Assembly (NCBI GenBank): GCA_965645245.1
Contig: OZ287074.1
Location: 1,488,001 to 1,552,000, forward strand
Direction of reading: 5' to 3'
From: Massalongia carnosa
Taxonomy: Eukaryota
DNA length: 64,000 bases
This document shows positions 26,044 to 39,405 of this stretch, piece after piece. Under the pieces are notes generated by a model. It made no database searches. It was not told the origin of the DNA and worked only from the letters and a program-made list of their open reading frames with translations. Every line of letters starts with the position of its first letter. Within the stretch, counting starts at the first letter, position 1. Both the position numbers and the translations under genes were made by a program.

Positions 26044-26583
26044 CGTGCCGTAGTCCGTAATCGTACAATTGAGTAGGTTTAGCTCCGTAAATATTTGTTA
26101 CCGAAAATCGTAAAGTGTGGCGTCTCTACCGCCACTTCCGACGCAGTCATACTATGGTATATAACAGTACCCAGTGACATTTTGTTGACTTCCAAAGGTT
26201 TTTTCCCTACAGGATCGTAAGGTGGTATATAGCTGAAGCTGCACAGCCCACTTTAGAAGAATCTGATTTCTCAAGAGAAATATTCCTGGTTTATGCAGCG
26301 CCCCTTCCACCTGGCGCTTTCCTCCTCAAGCAGTCCGTGAAGTACTAGAAAGCGGCTATCCGCTTGGAATCTGGGCCCTCTGTAACCTGACAGCAACAAC
26401 TTATTATACCACAACCGTCGAGCTTGTATCATTACTACAATTTGTTTCTTACTTAATAACGGCTTGTTGGCTTGCCTGCGTGCAAGCCTATCCACCATTC
26501 ACTCCCACGCTGACATACCGGAGGCGGCTAGGTTGGGTAAGAGAAAAGCTTCAGACGAGCATTTACGCCCTGAGAAGAAAGTC

Positions 26584-29500
26584 ATGACAGTAAGCTTACA
26601 CCAGATTATCACTCTTATACTGCCTTTTCGGTAAAAGACTTCGATCGACCGCTTTCTCTCTTCCTCTTTCCTTATTCCATGCTGTCAGGTCGTTCGGTTA
26701 TCCGCCTATTTGAGCCTCTCAGTCTTGCTCCTTGCAAGAAGTCGCTGATGATTCTATCTTTCAGGATCTCCACGTTGGCGAAATGGACATTGACGATCCT
26801 GCGGTTGGGACTGCAAAACTCCAAAATGGAGATATCGACGAGTCATTGTATAGCCGCCAGCTTTACGTCCTTGGCCATGAGGCAATGAAACGCATGAGCT
26901 CCTCGCACGTTCTCATTGCTGGCCTTAAAGGTTTGGGAGTAGAAATCGGTGAGTGAATATCTTAAGGCATTACAAGCATGTTATAGGAACTAAGTGGTTT
27001 CTTGAAAGCGAAAAATATTGCGTTAGCTGGCGTTAAATCCTTGACTCTTTTCGATCCCGCACCTGTTGCTATCTCCGACTTATCCTCACAGTTTTTCCTA
27101 CACGCACATGATGTCGGCCAGCCCAGGGCTACTGTTACAGCACCCAGAGTAGCAGAATTGAATGCCTACACTCCCGTCTCCGTATATCCATTAGAGAGCC
27201 TAACAAAAAATTTAAGTCAGCTTCGTCAATTCCAGGTTGTTGTCCTGACCGGCACGCCATTGGACGATCAGATCACCATATCTGAATATTGCCACCATAA
27301 TAGCATATTCCTTGTCATCGCGGACACTTTCGGCCTTTTCGGGACTATCTTTACAGACTTTGGCAAGAATTTCACCGTCGTGGATGCAACTGGCGAGAAT
27401 CCGCTCAATGGCATTATTGCAAACATTGATTCTGACGGCTTGGTGACTGCCTTGGACGAAACGAGACATGGATTTGAAGATGGCGATTTTGTAACCTTTA
27501 CAGAGGTGCAAGGCATGGAGGAACTGAATTCCTCAGAGTCTCGGAAGGTCACCGTCAAAGGCCCGTATACCTTTTCAATCGGGGATGTCTCGAAGTTGGG
27601 GCAGTATAAAAGGGGTGGATTGTATACGCAAGCGAAAATGCCCAAAACAATCCATTTTCAACCCCTGACCCAACAGCTACGGGATCCCGAGCTCCTCATC
27701 TCAGACTTTGCCAAGTGTGATCGCTCACAGCAACTGCATATTGGATTTCAAGCCCTACATCGCTTTGCCAAAAGCCACAATGGCGATCTTCCAAGGCCGC
27801 ACCACGAAGTGGACGCGCTAGAGATTCTTCAGCATGCTCATAGTATAGCTAGCGAAGGGACTGACAAAATGGAACTTGACGAAAAGATCTTGCGTGAACT
27901 TAGTTATCAAGCCCGTGGTGATATTAGTCCCATAGCTGCGTTCTTTGGTGGACTAGCTGCGCAAGAAGTCTTGAAAGCAATTTCAGGAAAGTTCCATCCA
28001 ATAGTTCAGTGGCTGTATTTTGATTCTTTGGAGTCTTTGCCTACCTCCGTCAAGCGATCCGAAGAACTATGCAGACCGTTGAATTCGCGATACGATGGAC
28101 AAATTGCTGTTTTTGGCAAGGGATTCCAAGACAAGCTTGCCAATGTAAATCAGTTTCTTGTTGGAGCTGGTGCCATTGGATGTGAGATGCTCAAGTGTTG
28201 GGCAATGATTGGTTTAGCAACGGGCCTTAAAGGCAAAATCAATGTTGCAGATATGGATCAAATCGAGAAGAGCAATTTGAACAGACAGTTCTTGTTTCGG
28301 CCCAAAGATGTAGGGAAACTAAAGAGTGACTGTGCAGCTGAAGCTGTCCAAGAAATGAATTCAGACTTGAGGGGGAAAATCGTTACTCTCAGGGACAGAG
28401 TTGGCGCGGACACTGAGCACGTCTATAACGAAAAGTTCTGGGAAAGGCTCGACGGTGTCACCAATGCTTTGGATAACGTTGATGCAAGACAATACGTTGA
28501 TCGCCGATGCGTGTTTTTCCGGAAACCTCTTATTGATAGCGGAACGCTTGGTACAAAGGGCAACACGCAGGTGGTCCTCCCATTCTTGACCGAGTCCTAC
28601 TCAAGCTCCCAAGACCCCCCCGAGCAATCATTTCCTCAATGCACACTACGCAGCTTTCCCAACAAGATCGAACATACAATTGCTTGGGCAAAAGAAAAAT
28701 TCCATCAATATTTTGTAGGACCCCCAGAAACAGTTAATCTATACCTGACCCAGCCGAATTACATTGAACACACATTGAAGCAGGCCGGCAATGAGATACC
28801 AACACTAGAGAGTATCCGGGACTTTCTTGTCACCGAGAAGCCCCTGAGTTTTGATGATTGTATCGTATGGGCGCGACACCAGTTCGAGAAAGAGTATAAT
28901 AATGCCATTAAACAACTGCTGTATAATTTCCCGAAGGATTCAACAACGTCAAGTGGTGCTCCCTTCTGGTCTGGTCCGAAGCGAGCTCCAGATCCTCTCA
29001 AATTTGATCCTACAAATCGCACTCATCTTGGCTTTGTGATCGCTGCAGCACATCTGCATGCCTTCAATTACGGGATAAAAAGCAGTGGCAGCATTACAGA
29101 TGGTCATTACATTAAAGTCATGGACAATATGATCATCCCTGAGTTTACACCCAATCCCGCAGTCAAGATCCAGGCCGATGATAACGAGGCCGACCCCAAT
29201 GCCCAGGCGTCGAAATCGAATTTCAATGACGACAGGGAGCTCGAGCAGATTTTATCGGCCATTCCATCCCCCAAACTACTTCCAGGCTTCAAACTTGAGC
29301 CTGTGGAATTCGAGAAGGATGACGATTCCAATCATCACATCGACTTCATCACCGCGGCAAGTAATCTCCGAGCAGAGAATTATGCCATAGCTGAAGCGGA
29401 CAAACATAAGACTAAGTTTATCGCTGGAAAGATCATCCCAGCTATTGCCACAACTACTGCGTTGGTGACTGGCCTTGCTGTGCTCGAGCTGTACAAAATC

Positions 29501-30001
29501 ATTGACGGCAAAGCCGACCTTGAGCAGTATAAGAATGGATTCGTCAATCTCGCGCTCCCCTTCTTTGGCTTCAGTGAACCGATCGCTAGTCCCAAGGGCA
29601 AGTATGTCGGCAAGAAAGGTGAAGTCACGATTGATAAGCTATGGGATCGATTTGAGGTCGAAGACGTTACCTTGCAAGAATTCTTGCAAGGCTTCGCCGA
29701 CAAGGGACTCGACATCATGATGCTGAGTTCAGGTGTCAGCCTCCTGTACGCCAGTTTCTATGGCCCGAACAAAGTCAAAGACCGCATGGACCTTCCGTAA
29801 GTTGACTGTTTCGCTCTTGGTGTCATTGCTAATCACAGTCTTCGTTCTAGCTTGAGTAAGCTCGTGGAGAAGATTAGTAAGAAAGCTATTCCCGACCATC
29901 AGAAGAACGTTATTTTCGAAATGACGGTTGAAGACCAGGCAGAAAACCCGGATGAGAGGGATGTGGAAGTCCCTTATGTGATGCTGAAACTTGGACGATA
30001 G
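26584..30001 (+). CDS. UBA1: Ubiquitin-activating enzyme E1 (introns 26590-26764, 26949-27008, 29797-29850; a longer N-terminal isoform is possible)
   Basis: [32 protein letters not shown], catalytic [32 protein letters not shown]. Confidence 0.97.
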
Positions 30002-30186
30002 GCATGTATGCACTCCAGCGCTTTCAAGGCGTACCAGATATCCCCAGTCTAGAATATGTAAGAACCAGCAGATGTTACTTTGGTGAGGCATGCACAACTT
30101 TCTATACATGATTTACAGGAGATTCTCCCGTTCATCGTTGTATTTTTTTCTCCATGAGATGCATGTTTGTAAAGACGGTGTTCGAA

Positions 30187-30237
30187 AGCATAATAAGCTC
30201 CCTAGCATAATAAGCTCCCTAGCATAATAAGCTCCCT
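30187..30237. repeat. 17-bp tandem repeat x3 (agcataataagctccct)
   Basis: Three perfect copies plus a partial fourth, downstream of UBA1. Confidence 0.9.
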
Positions 30238-30510
30238 CGCATACTTTTCCAACGTCGACTCACCAATTCAATCTATGATGCACATTTTTCACATATTTTA
30301 CCTTGTTGATTGTCACGCTAAAGTGGTAATGTACTGTAACTATGCCCCGCCATCTTTCAAGCACCCCCGCCCTATCTTAAAGAGGCAAGTCAATGTGTGA
30401 ATGTTCATTCTCCATGATTTTTATTCGACCCATCTTCCTCTGCCATTGCCCCTCGGTTCGCCTGGATTCGTCTGCCTGTCTCGACCAACCCGCTGATTGT
30501 TACTCGGAGC

Positions 30511-32006
30511 ATGGCGGTAAGGATGCTCACCGGGCCCCTACACTTACACCTCCCATTACTGAACCAAAGCGTCACAGTCGAGCCAACATGAGAAGATCAC
30601 GGACTGGGCCAACAAGCTTTCCGGTGAATTCCAGCGTGGCAAATCTCAATTCCGCTTCAAGGTGTCGAAACAGGCAGGTGCAGAGTTTCCCGCCGAGAAA
30701 GGGCGATATCACCTCTACGTCTCCTATGCGTGTCCTTGGGGTCTGTATCCTGCTGCAGGAGCACTTCTAGGTGTGCTGGCTAAACACAGGGCATAGCCCA
30801 TCGAACCCTAATTGTGCGGAAGCTCAAAGGTCTCGAAGACATCATCCCGTACACGTCGGTGCATTGGGAGATGCTGGAGAACGGTATCCCTATCATTACT
30901 TCTTGGCTCATTTTCATCCCCCCCCTCACAAAGAGAGCAGCTGTCTCATGTTTCTGTACCAGGTTGGCGGTTTGCGAACTGCAGCGAGGAAGTCCCTGGC
31001 GATAACGTCAGACCGGATCCTGTCCATAAGGGTTTCATCCATCTTCGAGACGTTTACCTCAAAGTCGATCCGGAATACAAAGGGCGGTTCACTGTACCCA
31101 CGCTGTATGATGTGAAACAGGGCAAGATTGTAAACAATGAGGTACGCAACGTGACAAGTAACGAACCTGTTAAAATAAATCATTGTACGACGTCCTGCCA
31201 CTTTTTTACTTATATGGTTTCTTGGCTAGTCAAGCGAGATCATACGCATGTTCTACAACGAGTTCGACGACCTGCTTCCGGAGAATTTAAAAAAGGTAGA
31301 TCTCTACCCGGAGAACTTGCGGCAAGAGATCGACGAAATTAACGAATGGACCTACAATAACATCAATAATGGCGTTTATAAAGCCGGGTTTGCAACGTAA
31401 TGACTGTCTGCCTCTCTCTCGCCCTTAGCGCCCTCTGACATGAGCAAAACAATAGAACGCAGGAAGCCTACGAAAAAGCCCTCTGCCCCCTTTTCCACTC
31501 TCTCGACCGCGCCGAAGCCCATCTGGCCAAGCACGCCAGTCCCTTCTATTTCGGCGATCATATCACGGAAGCCGACGTGCGGCTGTACACCACCATCGTC
31601 CGCTTTGACCCGGTGTATGTGCAGCATTTCAAATGCAACATCCGCGACATCCGCTCCGGGTACCCAGCGCTACACAAGTGGCTTCGAAACCTGTATTGGA
31701 CCGTGCCTGCTTTTGGGGAGACGACGCAGTTTGAGCATATCAAGAAACATTATACGAAAAGCCACAAGCAGATTAATCCTTATGTGAGTTCGGTTTTTTT
31801 CCCCCGGGGGGACGATATCCTTGACGTGATTTTTTTTTGAGAATACGAGGGGCTGGTGGCAAGCGTCTAGGGTGGACGAAAGAGCATGGCTAACCTCTTT
31901 TGTTGAATCGGCGCAGAGTATCACGCCTGTGGGGCCTCAGCCGGATATCCTCCCTAAAGACGAGGAAGTTCCCGCCATGAAGGCGTTCTCGGATCATCGG
32001 AACTAG
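30511..32006 (+). CDS. ECM4: Glutathionyl-hydroquinone reductase / omega(Xi)-class GST, multi-exon
   Basis: GRYHLYVSYACPW-AHR, RFTVPTLYD..IVNNE-S, INNGVYKAGFA, TEADVRLYTTIVRFDPVY..HFKCN, HIKKHYTKSH, ITPVGP. Confidence 0.93.
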
Positions 32007-32766
32007 GCTATATATACCAGGGCAACCGTAAATTCTCCCAAAGCCTGGAAATCTGGGATGTAGAGAAGGTTGCTTTTTCCTTCTCGTGTCAAACCCCATG
32101 TAATTACCATACCATACCATACCATAGCCCAAGGCGCCCCTTTGCGAAACTTCTCCACGATCCGTCTTCGAAGCCATAGCGACTTACAAACACACGGGTA
32201 AAGCTGGCTTCGTCACTGGTGCCGATAGCATGTGCTTATGATCTGGTGGTTTTTGGGGAGGGGCAAGTGGTTTATCAGATTTACCAAACTTTCACTCAAT
32301 AGGAGACAAGGGGAAGCGTTGCTGGACCCCAGTAACTGCTTTTTCCGCTTTGCTCAAACGGGAGTATTTGCTACTTTCTTGCTTGCATCTTGTTGCACCT
32401 TCGGTGGCGATTTGTTGGCCTGCTCGGAGTCTGTCAAGAATTGTATCGTCTACAAGGTTTGGGGCAAGCCCCAAGGGGGGGAGATTCATCAAGAGTAGGT
32501 ATGTAGGTTAATCTAGTTTCATGGCGCAGTTTAAGTAATCAGAGCATACGTAGGTCATTCAGAGAAGTTACGTTATGCATGTCTTCGGTTATGTAGGCTG
32601 CTCTCTTAAAACCTACTTTATGGGGGGTGTTGAATAATCTGTAGAATCTATTGATTGATAAGGGAGCGTAAGTGTCTAGGGGGTTTTCGAGGAAACTCGG
32701 AGCCCTCGAATGTGCCAATTTCTTTTTTTTTTAGGAAAGGGGTCCGAGAAGTCCCAATCCAACAAT

Positions 32767-34223
32767 CTAGATGGCATGCGGCGCAAATCCAATAGCCTTG
32801 TCCCCCCCATGAAAAACCACGAATTGGGACTTGAACATGATATCCCCGTAGATTTGAATCGATTGGCCCTGATTAGACTGCAATCCACCGAAGCAAGCTG
32901 CAAGAACAGAGAACCCGTCAGTTTAAATTGTGGTTCTGCGCCAAACACTTTGGCGGGTGGGGGGAGAAAATACAGGAGAGGTGCGCAGGGACTTACTGCC
33001 GGGTAGGCCTTGTGCTTGCGAAAAATTCAGGAGAGCGCCGGGAATCTTGGCCATGTAGGATGATCCCATCGCCACGTGGAAGTCCGGAAGTTCTGCGTCG
33101 CAGGGAAATACAATGGCCTGGAGCTTCTTGTCTTGATGGGCGCCTTGAACTTGCGACCAGTAACCCTGAAGAACGGCATCGTCGACAAGCATGAGCGACG
33201 TGCCAGTATCGGCAATCGCGGCGCTGGCTTGGGTGTTGGTCTGAGTCGGTCCATCGCCCACCGCGAAACTCTTCGAGTCAAATTCCCAGAACCCCCGGGT
33301 GCTGTCGACAGGCGTGAACGCCAGTTGACCTTGGAACTTGGAACTATCGATTTTTCCGAACTCGTAGGATCCCACCGAAGTATGTCTAAGGTTGGCGGTG
33401 AACAGCGGCTGCGCGAGACTGGATTGTATGTTGTCGAAAAAGGTCTTCTGTGCTTGAGGCTGCACGGTGTTGATGGAGCTGAAGCCAAGGCCAAGAAGAC
33501 CATCGGAGTTGGCATCTTTGATGAAGCCATCTGTGATGGCTGTGGCAAGCTCGATGGCCTGATTTGATACCACTGCGCCTCCAATATCGACTGTGTCCAT
33601 GCCAACATTGCCCGTGGCTTGGGAACTGTCTCCGTACGAGATCTTGAAGGTGGACCCTTTCAATGGCTTGAATGTTGCCGATTTGGTAGGATCGTAGAGA
33701 CTATGGCTACTTTCCGCAAAGGCCGGGAGCTGTGGATTAAACACCCATCTACCAAACACGAAGGGGGTTAGCCAACTTCAAGGATGTTTATCATGAATAG
33801 CAAGGGCGTTACGCACAGGTCTGAGGAGCCTGTATCAAAGTCCATGGTCACGGACTGACCACCAATGGTGATGGGAGATAGAAACTCGGAATCTCCCTCC
33901 TGTGCGTTGGCAGCAACATCGGAGCTTGTCCGACCCCCTCCGGTAGCAGCAAGACTTTGAGGGACGTCGACGTCGCCGTCAGTAAGAGCGAGCACTTTGG
34001 TATCGGGAATGTCCGGGGACTCGGGAGTGGGAAAGCCGTATTTCCGATAGGCCTTGCTCATGGCAACAACACCACTACCGGCAGGCCGCGGGGCGGCAAA
34101 ATCACGGCGTTTTTGAAGTACTTTAAAGGACCGGCGCTGCGACTTCAAAGGCGCGGCCAATGCTATGGTGAGCAAGTACATGAAGGTGATCGTTAGAAGC
34201 AGCGAGAAATGCATTATGTGCAT
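32767..34223 (-). CDS. Secreted pepsin-like (A1) aspartic protease, aspergillopepsin-like, 3 exons
   Basis: Signal peptide, propeptide, DFDTGSSDL and IADTGTSL catalytic motifs, SYGDSS flap, DGLLGLGF, final exon CFGGLQ..IYGDIMFKSQFVVF..IGFA. Confidence 0.93.
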
Positions 34224-35515
34224 GCGCTGGCCAGCAGTCACAAAAGCCTGAAGCTGTATAGAACCACTTCAAGTGGCAATAAAAAGGAACGGAGAGACTG
34301 GCACGTGACCTGCACCGTGTAGGAAGTGAATGTATAAGTCGGATGGTTGCAAACCACCTGTTGACGTTATAACGGTATAGGAAAGAATGAGAAAGGAAAG
34401 TGGGTTTGAATGGATGAAGTTGGAGCGACAATAGAATATAGAATGAATGAATGTAGGGTTTTGTGCTCCAAGAAGCGCTCAGGCCAGCCAGTCAGTCAGG
34501 TCAGTTAGGAGGGAATGTGTAGGTCTGAACAATTCTGAACACAGGAATAGGGAGCATTAAGACAGTAAAAACAAGGCCACGCATTTTAATTTCTATCCGG
34601 AATGATACGGGCTGCCATCCTGCTTGCATTGGTGCTGAGAAGCCAGTCGATTAGAGTTGGGTTTCCATCTCCAAAGCACTGACGTGAGAAAGCGTGTCTC
34701 TTACCTAAGTCGTCAGAGATTCTGTAGGCCAATCGAGACACTAGGCAGGAGTGGAGACGACATCGTAAGCTACGTCCATGCTCCTGCTGGTTCATCATGA
34801 CACGAAGATGTTAGAGATCACCTACTCTGCAATTGGTGAGGTGTAGGAGGAAAAGGGGCTAGCTCAGGGGGAGTGGATTCCATGTTCGTGGTTGGCGAAA
34901 GTTCCGGCTTATCGTGCCAGCGGCCTGGCTACCAATCATGTACGAGTAACAACAGCATCTTACCCAATGAAGTAAAATCCCAGTCGGGAGTGGAGCCAAT
35001 CATTAAGAACTGTCCAGAGGATCCGTAACTAAAACTAAAACAGCAAGTCTTGCCCGTTTTGACCATCGAGCATCGCATGGAAAGGGTGGTCTGACATGCT
35101 CCAGTTTGAGTTCTGAAACACATCGCCATCCTCAACTTCGCTTAGGTATCGGTACGTATGTTATGGATTCTAAATCTTTCTACGACCTGTAAGGATCTAA
35201 ATGGCCCTCATAAGCCAACATTGACGTACGCATCTTTTTAAATTTAATTGGCTGGACGACGAAATGAAACTTGATTTTTTGCTGCCTAGTGTCTCACGTC
35301 CTTACTATCATAAGCAAATATCTCTTTATCTAGCCGAACTTTCGAGCAATCCTATACTCAGCGCTATGCTCACAACCCGCGAGTCCGTTTTATGTTCTTT
35401 ATCATAAATTCAAAAAGAACGAAAGCCCCACGAAGACTCGCTGAACCGACTCTTCTCGAAATGTGATAAGATATCCTGCAAATAAGAGATAATGATGCAA
35501 TCGCTGGACTTGGTC

Positions 35516-37266
35516 CTAGGCTTCAGTGTCACCACTTCGCTGTGCCGCCGATGGAGCTACGAGGGATGATTTTCTTCGATGCTTTTTCGCTGCAGACCTA
35601 ATTGGCTGCTTTTCGCTGATAGTATTGTCTGCTGCACTGTTTCCAATTACCATAGGCCAAGTCTGACCGGTATCACGGCCTCCCGTCTCCAGCTCTGGCG
35701 GGTGTACCCAAGTTTCCTCGGTTCTCTCAAACCCCTCGGAGGTCGTGTAGCTCTTGAAATCACCTTCATCGCCTACAAATTCGCGTGCGGAAAAGCGATT
35801 GGTCATCCTGGGAGGAGAGTGGCCAGAAGGAATCTTGGACGCTGTTTCTGCAATAACCCAGTTCTGGCCTCGGCCTGGTACCTCGCTTCCGCTGATTTCC
35901 ACAAGCCCACCCCCTTCCACAGGTAAGAAATGACGTGCTGGAAGCACCTCCACGTCTATAATGGGTAGAATACGATGATAAATATCATGATTGTGTATCT
36001 CCCGTGTGATAACTTCTTCTCGAAAATGGTGGACATTCTCTTTGACTGTTTCATGCACAACAGCTAAGAGCATCAAACGTTAGTGTCTTTACCGAATGTA
36101 TTTCACGGCGAATGTTACCTGGAGCAATAGCTTCAATGACCTCGGTATCAACAGTATTACTCTGAGCTCTCTCCACCACACGCTCGGCGGAACTTGCAGC
36201 GTCAGACTCCGTGGTCATTAGTTTTGATCTTGCAGGAAATCTTTGAGGTGTAGAGGTATTCTGCTTATCAGCTGATCGGACAGGGCCTGTGGATAGTAAC
36301 GGTTGGGCATCGGAACGCTGGCCTCTAGCAGAATTTCCTAGCTGTTTTCTCGAAATTGATTTTCTTGCAGCTAAGTCTGGTCCATACTGGGGTATACCGT
36401 GCGGTGAATCACGATCAACCATACTCGAGTACGGAGATTGCTGTAAAGGATTTCCAGGAGGGCTGCTGGGATATTTTGCCGTGATATTAGATTTTGCACC
36501 GAAATCTGTCCTAAGGCCGGAGTAGGGCATTGTCATATCCTCTAGAGGTTCGGACGGCCCTTTTCTATTTTGAGGTCCTAGTGGATGATTACCACCATCT
36601 GCACCGTCACGGGAAAGCCTTGCTTGCACCATATTTTCGTCCTCGAAGTCTGTCGGATGTTGTTTAGCTTGCTTGCTAGCGAGCTTTTCATGTTGTGGAT
36701 TGGAGATTGCAACGTAGTTATGGTCACGTGGATGAGATTGGTTCGAGCTTCTCACAACTGTTTAATGTCAGCGGCTATTGAATCACCATTTTTTCTTTGG
36801 TCTTACCCTCCTTATCTCCTAAATTCAGCGAGGAGAGATCTTCCTGGGGATGGACATTATGGAACTGCGATCGACCTTCATGACCCTTCTCCACACGATT
36901 GGCTGTATATGGCTGAACGTTTCCGGTGAACACGAGGTCTTCGTTATGTGATGTAGACATAGGAGCGGCTTTCAAGTGCTGGGGGACTCCGTTCACAGGC
37001 GGTAGGTACGATGAATTGATTCCAGGATCCTCGAGGTGAGGGTTTCGAAGAGAAGCTCTGCGATTATGGAATATGGCGGAACTATTATTTCCCTTTATTG
37101 GATAATCCCCTGTCTGAGGGGTCCCCCCTTGCGGTGCGACGTCGTATAAAGATGTACGTAGTGCCGGGCTACTTGTAGCTGCAGCGGACCTCTGACTTCG
37201 TTGCAATGGCTTCTCCGACAGTTGGTCTTTCTTACGATGAAATATCTTCCGAATGCGGGCCTCCAT
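35516..37266 (-). CDS. Hypothetical protein with long disordered N-terminus and allergen-type (APAV.HETV..REIH..EVLP) C-terminal domain; 3 exons
   Basis: Three ORFs joined by GT..AG introns (~36758-36806 and ~36064-36118); the domain resembles that of the neighbouring gene. Confidence 0.75.
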
Positions 37267-38233
37267 AGCTTAATGGAATACTCACAATGTTGATATTCAA
37301 TCGTGTAACACCAGAAGTTTTGTACTCCGCAAATTCCAAGGGGCAGCAAAGGATCGCTTAGTGGAATAAATCACTTCTCACATTGATTGGATGAACCTTC
37401 AACTGTACAATTCAATTCAAACTAATGCTTCGGGCACAATCTTACAAGGTGTAACTTGATCATAGCTTAATCATGAATGAGCTCTGGCTCAGCAAACGTG
37501 TTTTCGAACGACAGACAAAACCTGCATTTAGGTATCGGCTCTTTAGGCAGAATGACGCATTATACAATGTATGACATCATCCCGGCGGAAAGGGACGCAA
37601 TCACAGCCACCGCCACTTTTTCTCGCCGCATGTTTTACCTTACGACTTACTCTTATCAATCTCGTAGCCGCAGACTCAGGAAAAGCGTTGGACTCAGTGA
37701 GTGTTCAAATTCCAAATGATGATACAGAGTTAGCCTATGTAGTTCCAGTAAGTAATTGAACAGTTTTTATTGCTTCTACAGTTACTCAATGTGTCATGAG
37801 GTGGGCAATGTGCCATGATATTCTGTGTAGAGTTGGCTGGACGAACTCGTCATTCCACAGCCGCTATAGGCTAGAGCCAAGATTGAGTTGACATATGCAT
37901 GATGAGTTAACGATCTCAGAAGAGTTTAATGCATTTTCAAAGTATGGACTTTGGAGCTAGAAATGACGTTGTACTCCCGGAAAACTGGGAAAGTTAATAG
38001 AGGGGTATGATGATGCTATATTGTACAGGTGGGGTGACCTGTTCCTTCTTTGTTCTACCTGAATTCACGCTTTGGCGGGGTATTCTTCTATTTATCTGAC
38101 ATTGCTCCCACTCTTTTGTATGATACTTCCTACTTCATATTCGCACACCCCAAACTGCACAATTCTACACCTAACGAGAAAGAAGCTTCATCATCCTTAA
38201 TCATCAACTCAGTTTAAGCTATTGTCAACTATC

Positions 38234-39405
38234 ATGGAGAAAGCCAAGTCCGCCGTCAGTGAATTCTTGTACGTATCCTTTTGTCTGAGCTCACCGTTCC
38301 TTCCAGCCCGCCGAATTACTCTCCCTCGATGCATTCATGGACAATTTGAATTCCCAGTTTGTGTGCCATCTGTGACGTGTTGCTGTTTGTATTTGCTGCT
38401 GCGCTTTCTCATCTAGCCAGAATTAAACCACACACTAATGGATGTGATTGAATAGGCACAAGGCTGGCCACCATGACACCACTGTGCATGAGAAGGTTGC
38501 TCCTGCCGTCGTCAATGAGACCGTTGTAAAGCAACGCCACGAAGAAGCCCAAACCGCTGTTGATCGTGAAATCCATCAAGACCATTACCATACTTCTATA
38601 CAGCCTGTCACCGATCGCGAGGTACTACCAGAAAAGCATTCCCACAATATTGTCGGTGTCGAAACCCGCGAGCACCGCCATGGGGATGCCGAGGCTATTA
38701 AGGCTCGTCTTGAGCAAGAGCGTCTTCAGTTCCAGAATACCCGCACCCAAGGTGGAACCCAGGAAACACATTCTGTAGCCCCGGTCATTGCAGGGGAACA
38801 TGTGCATCATCACGTCCACGAGGTGAATTGATCATAAAGTCTTTTGATAAACGTACTAACATTAATAGACTATCCAACCTGTGGTACAAAAGGAAACTAT
38901 TCAACCATCTGTTGTCCACACCACCATCCCAATTCACGAAATACATCAGAATGAGCCAAAGCATCATGCGGCTTCCGCCTTACCTGCTGTTAGCTTAGCG
39001 GATTTCAAAAAACAGGGTGGTAGCTTGCAAGGTCGGGAAGAGCGCTATGATGGATTTGAAGGAGAGCCAAAAGCTGTAGGTGGAGCTCTCGGTGGACACC
39101 ATCATGGTGGACATCATGGTGGACATCATTCTTCGGGCACGACTGCCGGTCCTCACTCATCAAACCTTGAGAATAAGCTCGACCCACGTGTTGACTCTGA
39201 CCGGGACGGCTCCCGAAACTTGGGTGCGTCTTCGGGTGGATATGGAACTACACATACTGGCACTGGTCATGGATCTGGTACTGGTTACGACAACGATGGA
39301 ATAACTCATTCGTCCACTACTACTGGCAAGAAGCCAGGTCTCTTAGATAGATTGAACCCTATGAAGGATACTGATGGAGATGGGAAGAAGGGTGTAATGG
39401 AATAA
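38234..39405 (+). CDS. His-rich fungal allergen-like stress protein with a dehydrin-type DPR motif, 3 exons
   Basis: MEKAKSAVSEFL/HKAGHHDTTVHEKVAPAVV, GEHVHHHVHE-TIQPVVQKETIQPSVVHTTIPIHE, TTAGPHSSNLENKLDPRVDSDRDG. Confidence 0.85.

Noticed and set aside
30187..30243. CRISPR-like array
   Set aside because: Head-to-tail repeats with no spacers, in a eukaryotic genome.
32292..32492. 66-aa ORF between ECM4 and the protease
   Set aside because: No motif or support; the protease already terminates at 32767.
15694..34223. Secondary-metabolite cluster or Starship-like cargo region
   Set aside because: Genes are unrelated housekeeping functions; no PKS/NRPS/terpene synthase backbone or tyrosine-recombinase captain is visible.
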